64,000 nt of DNA from the NCBI GenBank assembly GCA_026692705.1, contig JAPLOE010000073.1, positions 4,015 through 68,014 of the forward strand. The letters are read 5' to 3'. The translations under genes were made by a program, and so were the position numbers. The notes under the pieces were generated by a model that worked only from the letters and a program-made list of their open reading frames with translations, was not told where the DNA came from and did no database searches. Positions within the stretch are counted from its first letter, which is position 1. Every line of letters begins with the position of its first letter. Positions 35,885-43,417 of the stretch are shown here, in pieces. The DNA is from Planctomycetota bacterium (lineage in GTDB: Bacteria > Planctomycetota > UBA1135 > GCA-002686595).

Positions 35885-36330
35885 GGCCGCGGCGCCCGCT
35901 CGCGCGAGCCGTCGAAACCGCCGGAGAAAGCCTGCGAAACCGCGTGGGCGAGCGCGTTGGGCTCGACCGGCCCGCGCAGCACTCCGAGCACCGGCCGCAG
36001 GGTCTCCAGCGCCGCCTTCAGGTCGTCATCGGTGTCCGAGGAGAGCACCAGCGTCGGCGGCAGCAGGCCGTCGCCGGAGAGCCGCGCGAGGCTCTCGCGA
36101 GCGTCGTCACCCCCCAGTCGCGCCGCGCACACGAACAGGTCGGGGCGGCGCCGCGCGAGCTGCAGCCGCGCGTCCGCCAGGGTGCCGGCCGTGCGCACGC
36201 GATAGCCGCGCGCCTCGAGGCTCCAGCGCACCAGCTCGACCGTGCGCGCCTGATCGTCGGCGAACAGGATCTCGCCGCACTCGAGCTCACCCTCGTCGAC
36301 CTTCGGCAGCAGGTGCACGGACCCGAGCAT
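35881..36330 (-). CDS. CheY-like receiver-domain protein, apparently lacking the phospho-acceptor Asp
   Basis: ATG at 36330; 149 aa with very high GC3. It reads EILFADDQARTVELVRWSLEARGYRVRTAG...RPDLFVCAARLGGDD...TLVLSSD... By eye the position equivalent to CheY D57 is Ala. It forms the C-terminal part of the composite track ORF 35881..38625. Confidence 0.6.
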   Translation of the reverse strand: MLGSVHLLPKVDEGELECGEILFADDQARTVELVRWSLEARGYRVRTAGTLADARLQLARRRPDLFVCAARLGGDDARESLARLSGDGLLPPTLVLSSDTDDDLKAALETLRPVLGVLRGPVEPNALAHAVSQAFSGGFDGSRERAPRP

Positions 36331-36365
36331 ACCGCGAGTTCGCAAACGCGCAATTTCTCCGGCGA

Positions 36366-38498
36366 TCACAGCGATTCGTACCACGTCACCTCGTCGAACG
36401 GCACCGCGAGGTCCATGCCGCCGAGCTTGACCGTCACCATGCGCTTGGAATGGTCGACCTTGCGCACCTGACAACGCTGGCGGTAGCGCGGGATGTAGAC
36501 CATCTGCCCCTTGTCGAGGCCGTCGAGGAAGGCCTTGCGGCGATCGGTGAGCGACGCGCGCGTGAGAGCGGCGTCGGCGCGGTCGAGCGCCTCGCGGATC
36601 AGCTTGGCCTTGTCGCCGGGCACCTGCTCCGAGAGCGTGCGGGCGTCGGAGAGCGCCTTGCGGGCATCGCGCACACGTTCGTCGAGCCCCCGCTGCGCCT
36701 CGGCCTCGACGAGCTCCGATCGCCGCCCCAGTTCCTGCTCCTTTTCGGCCGCCGCCTGCGCCGAACGCTCGGCGTCCGCGAGTCGCGCTTCCGCCTCCCG
36801 CCGCACGCTTTCCGCGTGTTCCGAGGCCCCGCGCAGCTTCGCCATCAGCTCGACGGCGTCGCGGTCGCGCCGCTCGAGCCGCTCGCGCGCGCGCGCCACG
36901 ATCTTGCGGTCGAGCCCGCGGCGTTCGGCGATCGCGAGCGCGTTCGACTCGCCCGGAGTGCCGACGATCAGCCGGTAGCGCGGCTTCAGCGTCTGCGCGT
37001 CGAACTCGACCGAGCCGTTTTCCGCACGTTTGTGGCTGAAACAGAACTCCTTGAGCTTTCCCAAGTGCGTCGAGGCGATCGTCGGCGCACCGGCGGCGAG
37101 CAGGTGCTCGAGCAGCGCCTCCCCCAGCGCCGCGCCTTCGGCCGGATCGGTGCCGCCGCCGAGCTCGTCGAGCAGGAACAGCGTGCGCGGGCCGGCGTGC
37201 TCGAGCCCGGCCCGGATGCGCTCGAGGTGCGAGGCGAAGGTCGACAGCGACTGGCGGATCTCCTGCTCGTCGCCGATGTCGGCCACGAGCCCGTCGTAGA
37301 GCGGCACGCGGCTGCCATCGGCGCAACACACCGGCCAGCCCAGCCGCAGCACGAAAGCCGCGACGCCGACCGTCTTGAGCGCCAGCGTCTTGCCGCCGGT
37401 GTTGGGGCCCGTGACGACGAGCAGGTCGAAGTCGCCGCCCAGCCGCACGTCGATCGGCACGACTTCGCCGAGGATTCCCGCCAGATGCTGCTCGACGAGC
37501 AGCGGATGGCGCGCCTCGCGCAGCACGAGGCCACGCACGTGCGGCCGCGTCGGATCGAAGGTCGCGATGTCGGGCACGCGGGCGCCGTAGCGCGCGCCAA
37601 AAGCTGCCCCCACCGCCGCCAGTTCCCATTCCGCCAGCCGCCGCGAGGCCTCGTCGACCTGTTCCCAACTGTCGAGCAGCGCGCGCGTGAGCTCGCCGAG
37701 GATGCGCGCTTCCTCCGCGCGCACCGCCTGCTCGACCTCGACCAGCTGGTTGGAGTGGTAGACCGCCTCGCGCGGCTCGATGTAGACCGTCTCGCCCGAC
37801 TGCGAACGCTCGTGGATCACGCCCGGAAGGCGCGGCGAGCTGCGCGCCTTGAGCGCGAGCACGCGCCGGCCCGCGCGGCGGTGCACCTTGAAGTCCGAGA
37901 GGTGCTGGCGCAGGTCGGGATCGTTGCAGAACTTGCCGACCAGCTCGGTGATGCGCTCGTCGAGCGCGCGCGCCTCGCGCCGCAGCTTGGCGAGCCGCGG
38001 GCTGGCGTCGTCCTTGAGGTCGCCCCGTTCGTCGACGGCCGCCTCGAGCGTCGCGCGCAGCGCGGAAAGCTCGGGAAAACCTGCGCAAAGCTCGGCGGAG
38101 GCCGGAGCGACGTCCACGCGCTCGCGCACCCAGCGCGGCAGGCGCCGGGCGGCCGACAGGAAGCCGTGCAGGGCCGCCAGCTCGTCGCGGTCGAGCGGCC
38201 GGTGGAACTCGACGATCGCGGCGTGGACCGGAGCGAGGTCGGTGACGCCCGCGAAGGACGGCGGGTCGCCGGAGGCCACGAGGCGCGCGAACTCCGCCGT
38301 GCGGCGCAGCGCCGCGCGCGCGCCGTCGTCGGTGCGGGGCTCGAGCTCGCGCACCGCCCGCTGGCCGAGCGTGCTCTTGGCGAGCTTCTCGAACAGCGCG
38401 CGCACGTCGGGCAGATCGAGGCCGCTGGCCTGGAAACGCAGCGTCGGCGGGGTCTTGGAGTCCTTGCGCATGAACTGGATCCCGTCGCGACGGTTCAC
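36366..38498 (-). CDS. mutS2: MutS2-family ATPase that ends after a KOW-like segment, with no Smr domain
   Basis: 710 aa with Walker A VVTGPNTGGKTLALKT, STFASHLERI and LLDELGGGTDPAEGAALG. The C-terminus is ...GQMVYIPRYRQRCQVRKVDHSKRMVTVKLGGMDLAVPFDEVTWYESL. No HGxG Smr motif is present. Confidence 0.85.
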   Translation of the reverse strand: MNRRDGIQFMRKDSKTPPTLRFQASGLDLPDVRALFEKLAKSTLGQRAVRELEPRTDDGARAALRRTAEFARLVASGDPPSFAGVTDLAPVHAAIVEFHRPLDRDELAALHGFLSAARRLPRWVRERVDVAPASAELCAGFPELSALRATLEAAVDERGDLKDDASPRLAKLRREARALDERITELVGKFCNDPDLRQHLSDFKVHRRAGRRVLALKARSSPRLPGVIHERSQSGETVYIEPREAVYHSNQLVEVEQAVRAEEARILGELTRALLDSWEQVDEASRRLAEWELAAVGAAFGARYGARVPDIATFDPTRPHVRGLVLREARHPLLVEQHLAGILGEVVPIDVRLGGDFDLLVVTGPNTGGKTLALKTVGVAAFVLRLGWPVCCADGSRVPLYDGLVADIGDEQEIRQSLSTFASHLERIRAGLEHAGPRTLFLLDELGGGTDPAEGAALGEALLEHLLAAGAPTIASTHLGKLKEFCFSHKRAENGSVEFDAQTLKPRYRLIVGTPGESNALAIAERRGLDRKIVARARERLERRDRDAVELMAKLRGASEHAESVRREAEARLADAERSAQAAAEKEQELGRRSELVEAEAQRGLDERVRDARKALSDARTLSEQVPGDKAKLIREALDRADAALTRASLTDRRKAFLDGLDKGQMVYIPRYRQRCQVRKVDHSKRMVTVKLGGMDLAVPFDEVTWYESL

Positions 38499-38533
38499 GC
38501 CAGTGTAGAAGCTCGCCCGCTCGCACGCCTACC

Positions 38534-39715
38534 ATGGTGCGCATGAGCCACGGCACCACGGACCGTTTCGAGACCCGCGCCATCCACGCAGGACAGGAGC
38601 CCGATCCGCACAACGGCGCGATCATGACTCCGGTCTACTTCACGAGCACGTACAAGCAGGACGCGCCCGCCCAGCCGCGCGGCGGCTACGAGTACTCGCG
38701 CACGTCGAACCCCACGCGCACGGCGCTGCAGGACAACCTCGCGGCGCTCGAAGGTGGCGCCTGGGGCCTGTGCTTCTCGTCGGGCCTCGCCGCGACCAAC
38801 GCGCTGCTCGATCGGCTCGTGCCCGGCGACCACGTCGTCGCGGGCAACGACCTGTACGGCGGCACCTACCGCATTTTCCGGCGGGTTTTCGAGCGTTACG
38901 GCATCCGCTTCAGCTTCGTCGACACGACCGATCCGGCCGCGGTCGAGGCCGCGATCGAGCCCACGACGCGCTACGTCTACGTCGAGTCGCCGTCGAACCC
39001 GCTGCTCGCCGTCTCCGACATCGCCGTGCTCGCCAAGCTCGCGCACGCGAAGGGCAAGCTGCTCGTCGTCGACAACACGTTCGCGACGCCCTTCCTGCAG
39101 CAGCCGCTCGCGCTCGGCGCCGACCTCGTGCTGCATTCGCTCACCAAGTACCTGGGCGGCCACTCCGACGTCGTCGGCGGAGCGCTGATCGGCAACGATC
39201 CGAAGCTGCGCGACGAGCTCGCCTTCTTCCAGAACGCCGTCGGCGGCACGCCGGGCCCGATGGACGCATTCCTCGTGCTGCGCGGCACGAAAACGCTGCA
39301 CGTGCGCATGGAACGGCACTGCGAGAACGCGCTCGCGCTCGCCCGCTGGCTCGAGGCGCGGCCCGAAGTCGCGCGCGTCGTCTACCCCGGCCTCGCCTCG
39401 CACCGCCAGCACGCGCTCGCCAAGCGCCAGATGAAGGCCTTCGGCGGCATGGTGAGTTTCGAGCTCGCGGCGGGCCTCGAAGCGGCCAACACGGTCGCGT
39501 CGACCACGCGCCTGTTCACGCTGGCTGAGTCGCTCGGCGGCGTCGAATCGCTGATCGAGATCCCGGCCAGCATGACCCACGCCTCGATTCCGGCCGAAAC
39601 TCGGCGCTCGCTGGGTCTCGCGGACGGCCTCGTGCGGCTCTCGGTCGGCATCGAGCACGTCGACGACCTGCGCGCGGACCTCGAGCAAGCCTTCGCCAAG
39701 GCTCACAAGCGCTGA
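38534..39715 (+). CDS. Cys/Met-metabolism PLP-dependent enzyme (cystathionine gamma-synthase, beta-lyase or gamma-lyase family)
   Basis: 393 aa with ...YSRTSNPTR...DNTFATPFLQQPLALGADLVLHSLTKYLGGHSDVVGG..., which includes the PLP lysine motif. The start may be the ATG at 38543. Confidence 0.85.
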   Translation: MVRMSHGTTDRFETRAIHAGQEPDPHNGAIMTPVYFTSTYKQDAPAQPRGGYEYSRTSNPTRTALQDNLAALEGGAWGLCFSSGLAATNALLDRLVPGDHVVAGNDLYGGTYRIFRRVFERYGIRFSFVDTTDPAAVEAAIEPTTRYVYVESPSNPLLAVSDIAVLAKLAHAKGKLLVVDNTFATPFLQQPLALGADLVLHSLTKYLGGHSDVVGGALIGNDPKLRDELAFFQNAVGGTPGPMDAFLVLRGTKTLHVRMERHCENALALARWLEARPEVARVVYPGLASHRQHALAKRQMKAFGGMVSFELAAGLEAANTVASTTRLFTLAESLGGVESLIEIPASMTHASIPAETRRSLGLADGLVRLSVGIEHVDDLRADLEQAFAKAHKR

Positions 39716-39745
39716 ACGGCGCTGCGCAGCCTCCGGAAAACTCAA

Positions 39746-39763
39746 CGGGCCCGAAAGGGCCCG
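39746..39763. terminator. GC hairpin with GAAA loop between convergent genes
   Basis: CGGGCCC-GAAA-GGGCCCG lies between the PLP-enzyme stop (39715) and the HU stop (39771). U tracts are weak. Confidence 0.45.
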
Positions 39764-39770
39764 CTGGGGC

Positions 39771-40184
39771 TCAGAACGGCGAGTTCGACGGCGGCGGCTT
39801 GGGCGCGGGCGGCGCCGGCGGCAAGGGCTTCGCCGGAGCGGGCTGCGGCGCGACGGGCCGAACCGGACGCGGTTCGGGTTCCGGAACGTCGTCGATGCGC
39901 TCGCGCATGATCCGGCCGACCTTGAACTTCACCACGCGCTTGGCCGGCACTTCGACCTTCTGCAGCGTGCGCGGATTCTGGGCGCGACGGGCGGCCCGAT
40001 CCTTCACCTCGAACACGCCGAACTCGCGGAACTCCAGCCGATTGCCTGCGGCGAGCTCGGTCACGATCTCGTCGAGGAACTTCTGCAGGATGTCCTTGAC
40101 GACGACCTTCGTCTGGCGGGTCGAATCCGCGATGCGGTTGACCAGCTCCTTCTTGGTGATCGTCTCGGGCTCGCGGGGCGCCAT
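39771..40184 (-). CDS. HU/IHF-family DNA-binding protein with a Pro/Ala-rich C-terminal extension
   Basis: 137 aa with ...ITKKELVNRIADSTRQTKVVVKDILQKFLDEIVTELAAGNRLEFREFGVFEVKDRAARRAQNPRT...VKFKVG..., followed by PEPEPRPVRPVAPQPAPAKPLPPAPPAPKPPP. Confidence 0.85.
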   Translation of the reverse strand: MAPREPETITKKELVNRIADSTRQTKVVVKDILQKFLDEIVTELAAGNRLEFREFGVFEVKDRAARRAQNPRTLQKVEVPAKRVVKFKVGRIMRERIDDVPEPEPRPVRPVAPQPAPAKPLPPAPPAPKPPPSNSPF

Positions 40185-40274
40185 GGGGAAGTCGGCCCGG
40201 AGCGGTGGGTCCCGGGCTGGGACGAGTCGGAGTATCGGCCCTCCCCCCTCTCCAAGTCAAGACGCCCGCTAGGG

Positions 40275-40736
40275 TTACGGCTGCCCGCCCGGGCGGGGCC
40301 GGGGCTCGATCACGAACGTGACCGGGCCGTCGTTGAGCAATTCGACCTGCATCGAGGCCCCGAAACGGCCGCCCTGCGTCGCGATTCCGGCCCGTTCGAG
40401 CGCCGCCCGGAAGCGCTCGACCAATTCCCGCGCGCGCCCGGGCTCCTCGGCCCCGTCGAAGGACGGCCGGCGGCCCTTGCGCAGGTCGGCGCACAGCGTG
40501 AACTGGCTGACGACCAGCGCCGCCCCACCGACATCGGCGAGCGAGCGGTTCATGCGGCCCGACTCGTCCGTGAACATCCGGAACTGCGCCAACCGCTCCG
40601 CCGTGGCGTCGAGGTCAGCCTCGAGGTCGCCCTTCTCGATCCCGAGCAGTACGAGCACTCCCAGCCCGATCGCCCCGACGGTCTCGCCTTCGACGGTGAC
40701 GCTCGCGCGCGTCACACGCTGCACCACGGCCTTCAC
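40275..40736 (-). CDS. dtd: D-aminoacyl-tRNA deacylase
   Basis: GTG at 40736 (GTGA overlap with the upstream stop) gives (M)KAVVQRVTRASVTVEGETVGAIGLGVLVLLGI...VVSQFTLCADLRKGRRPSF...; 153 aa. Confidence 0.9.
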   Translation of the reverse strand: MKAVVQRVTRASVTVEGETVGAIGLGVLVLLGIEKGDLEADLDATAERLAQFRMFTDESGRMNRSLADVGGAALVVSQFTLCADLRKGRRPSFDGAEEPGRARELVERFRAALERAGIATQGGRFGASMQVELLNDGPVTFVIEPRPRPGGQP

Positions 40737-41764
40737 GGCGCCCCCGCCGCGTTGCGCTCGAGCGCGACCCGCGCGCGCACGGCCTCGACCAGCGCCGCGA
40801 GCCCTTCCTCGTCCTTGACGCTCTCGAGCACTCGCGTCCAGGCCCGGCGCGCCCCGTCGGGATCCTTCAGGTGGTGCTGGTAGAGCAGCGCCTCCTGCAC
40901 GAGCGGGGTGAGCTCGCCCGGAGCCCGCGCCTGCGCCGCGCGCGCCGCCTCGAGCGCCGCCAACGGATCGCCGAGGCCCTGCTCGACAGCCGCCTCGAGG
41001 CAGGCACGCCGCAGGCCGTGGCTGGCGTCGTCGGGGATGGCCTCGAGCACGTCGCGGGCGTCCTCGTCGCGCCGCGCCTGCACGAGCAATTGGGCCAGGT
41101 CGAGCCGCGCGTCGGCGCGTGCGTCCGGTGCGATGCGCGGGTCGCCAGAAGTGGCCTCGAGCCACGTCTCCAGCGCCGAAATCGCCTCGTTTCCGCGGCC
41201 GGAGCGCGCCAGGATCGCCGCCTCGAGCCGCGCCGCCGAGCGGTGGCCGGGGTCGAGCTCGAGCGCCTTCGCGTTCGCCGTCTGGCAGCCGATCCAGTCG
41301 CCGGAACCCGCCAGCAGGAAGGCCAGCGCGTACCGCGGCCAGGCGCTCTGCGGGGCGACGTCGATCGCGCGCCGGGCGAAGTCGAGCGCCTGCGCCGGCT
41401 CGGGCTCGATGCGTGCGGCGAGCAGCAGCGTGACCTCGTTGGACGAGGCCTCCGCGCGGGCGCGCGCCGCCTCGATCAGGCGCTCGCGTTGCTCCGCATT
41501 GGCCGGGGAAAAGGCCGCTTCCTGCGCCAGCAGCGCGATCGAGACGTCGGCGGGCCGCGCGGCCGAGAGCGTGTCGAGGATCGCGCGAGCGACGCTCCAG
41601 TCGCCGGAATTGAGCGCCGCGCGCGCGCGTCCGAGCTCGCCCAGCTCGCGCTCCGGAATCGCGGCCGGGCGATCGGGCGAAGCTTCGTAGGCGCTGGAAT
41701 CGCGTACCGGGCTCGCGCATCCGGCGAGGGCGAGCGCCAGCGCGAGGGCGGCGAGACGGGCCAT
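40733..41764 (-). CDS. TPR-like repeat lipoprotein
   Basis: 343 aa with the signal/lipobox MARLAALALALALAGC. The remainder is Ala/Leu-rich helical repeats. Confidence 0.6.
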   Translation of the reverse strand: MARLAALALALALAGCASPVRDSSAYEASPDRPAAIPERELGELGRARAALNSGDWSVARAILDTLSAARPADVSIALLAQEAAFSPANAEQRERLIEAARARAEASSNEVTLLLAARIEPEPAQALDFARRAIDVAPQSAWPRYALAFLLAGSGDWIGCQTANAKALELDPGHRSAARLEAAILARSGRGNEAISALETWLEATSGDPRIAPDARADARLDLAQLLVQARRDEDARDVLEAIPDDASHGLRRACLEAAVEQGLGDPLAALEAARAAQARAPGELTPLVQEALLYQHHLKDPDGARRAWTRVLESVKDEEGLAALVEAVRARVALERNAAGAP

Positions 41765-41770
41765 CGCGCG

Positions 41771-42292
41771 CTACTGGTCGCCTTCGAGCCGCAGGGTGCG
41801 CGCGCGGCGTTCCTCGCCGCTGTCGACGTAGCGGAAGTAGGCGTCGCCGCTCGCTTCGATCACGAGCTTCTCCGCTGTCGGGCTCTCGATGACCACCAGC
41901 ATCTCGTCGGCGACGATCACCAGGCCATCGAGCTGCGCGCGGATCGGGCTCTGGTCCGACTCGGGCTTGTGGCTCTCGACGATGCGCAGGCCCTCGGGCG
42001 TCGCCGTCTCGGTGTGCGCGTGGTTGAGCGAGTCCTGACGGATCGCGAGGTGCTCGATCAGGCCCTTGGGGCCCGTGATCTCGACCTTGGCGGCCGCCAG
42101 CACGCACTCGCGCTGGAAGGTCGTCGGCCAGGGCTTCGCGACGGCCTCGACGGGCGCCTTGGAAGCGGTGGAAACCGCGGGTTTGGCGGTGTTTTCGGCC
42201 TTTTTCGGGCTCGAGCACGCTCCGCAGAGCGCAAGTGCGCCGAGCACGGCCGCAAGCGGCCGGACCAGGGAAATCGTGGCGTTGGCAAACAT
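41771..42292 (-). CDS. Exported protein of unknown function (possible lipoprotein)
   Basis: ATG at 42292 gives MFANATISLVRPLAAVLGALALCGACSS...; 173 aa with high GC3. The gap to the TPR gene is 6 nt. Confidence 0.55.
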   Translation of the reverse strand: MFANATISLVRPLAAVLGALALCGACSSPKKAENTAKPAVSTASKAPVEAVAKPWPTTFQRECVLAAAKVEITGPKGLIEHLAIRQDSLNHAHTETATPEGLRIVESHKPESDQSPIRAQLDGLVIVADEMLVVIESPTAEKLVIEASGDAYFRYVDSGEERRARTLRLEGDQ

Positions 42293-42356
42293 GCTCGGGC
42301 CTCCTCGTGGACCCGAATCTAGCGGCGCGCGGGGCGCGTGCAATCGCGGGAGCGCT

Positions 42357-43331
42357 TCAGCGCAGCCCGCAGTTGCGCAGCGCGCGGTCGCGGGTGGCGA
42401 CGGCGCGGGCCCGGGCCCGCTCGGCGCCCTTGGCGAGCACCCGCTCGACTTCCGCCGGATCGGCGAGCAGCGCCGCGCGGCGCTCGCGCGCGGGCCGGAA
42501 GTGCTCCTCGATGCACTCGACGAGCCGCACCTTGAGGTGGCCGTAGCCCGGGGCGCCCTCGCCGCCGCGGCGGACACGCTCTTCCCAGTCGGCCTGCTCC
42601 GTCGGCGACAGGAACAGGCGCAGCAGCTCGAGCAGCAGCACTCCCGCCGGATCCTTGGGCTCCTCGGGCGCGCGGCTGTCGGTCAGCACCTGCCCCACGA
42701 TCTTCTTGAGCGGCTTGCCGGTCTCGAACACCCAGATCGAGTTGCCGTAGCTCTTCGACATCTTCTGCCCGTCGATGCCGGGCACCTTCGCGGTCGGCGA
42801 GAGCGTCGCCTCGGGCAGCACGAAGGTCTCGCCGTAGGCCGCGTTGAACGACTGCGCCATGTCGCGCGCGATCTCGACGTGCTGCTTCTGGTCGGCGCCG
42901 ACCGGCACGAAGTTCGAATCGTAGGCGAGGATGTCGGCGCTCATCAGCGCCGGGTACGTGAACAGGCCCACGGTGGCGGTGATGCCGCGCTCGACTTTGT
43001 CGCGATACGAGACCGCGCGCTCGAGCAGGCCCATGCCGGTGACCGTCGAGAGCAGCCACGAGAGCTCGCACACCTCGGGCACGTCGCTCTGGCGGAAAAA
43101 CGTCGCCTTTTCGGTGTCGAGGCCGAGCGCGAGGTACGTCAGCGCCACTTCGCGCACGCGCGTGCGCAGCTCGGCCGGGTCGCGGTTGGTCGTGAGCGCG
43201 TGGTAATCGGCGATGAAGTAGAAGTTGTCGCCGCCCTGCTGGGAGAGCGCGATGTGCTGGCGGATCGCCCCGAAGTAGTTGCCCAGATGCGGCAGGCCGC
43301 TGGGCTGGATTCCGCTCAGGTACGTGGTCAT
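42357..43331 (-). CDS. trpS: Tryptophanyl-tRNA synthetase
   Basis: ATG at 43331 gives MTTYLSGIQPSGLPHLGNYFGAI... (HIGH-type motif) and ...GQKMSKSYGN (KMSKS); 324 aa. Confidence 0.95.
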   Translation of the reverse strand: MTTYLSGIQPSGLPHLGNYFGAIRQHIALSQQGGDNFYFIADYHALTTNRDPAELRTRVREVALTYLALGLDTEKATFFRQSDVPEVCELSWLLSTVTGMGLLERAVSYRDKVERGITATVGLFTYPALMSADILAYDSNFVPVGADQKQHVEIARDMAQSFNAAYGETFVLPEATLSPTAKVPGIDGQKMSKSYGNSIWVFETGKPLKKIVGQVLTDSRAPEEPKDPAGVLLLELLRLFLSPTEQADWEERVRRGGEGAPGYGHLKVRLVECIEEHFRPARERRAALLADPAEVERVLAKGAERARARAVATRDRALRNCGLR

Positions 43332-43417
43332 GGTGGGAGCCCGCAGGCGGCCGGGGACGATAGCCACGCGCCGGATTTGCCTCAAGGCGCACGCGTCCCG
43401 CCCTTGAAACCTGCGGC

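Noticed and set aside
35881-38625. 914-aa track ORF treated as a single gene
   Set aside because: Only its last 149 codons (from ATG 36330) look like protein, namely the receiver-like fold. Upstream it runs out of frame across mutS2 (36366..38498), which has clear ATPase motifs in another frame.
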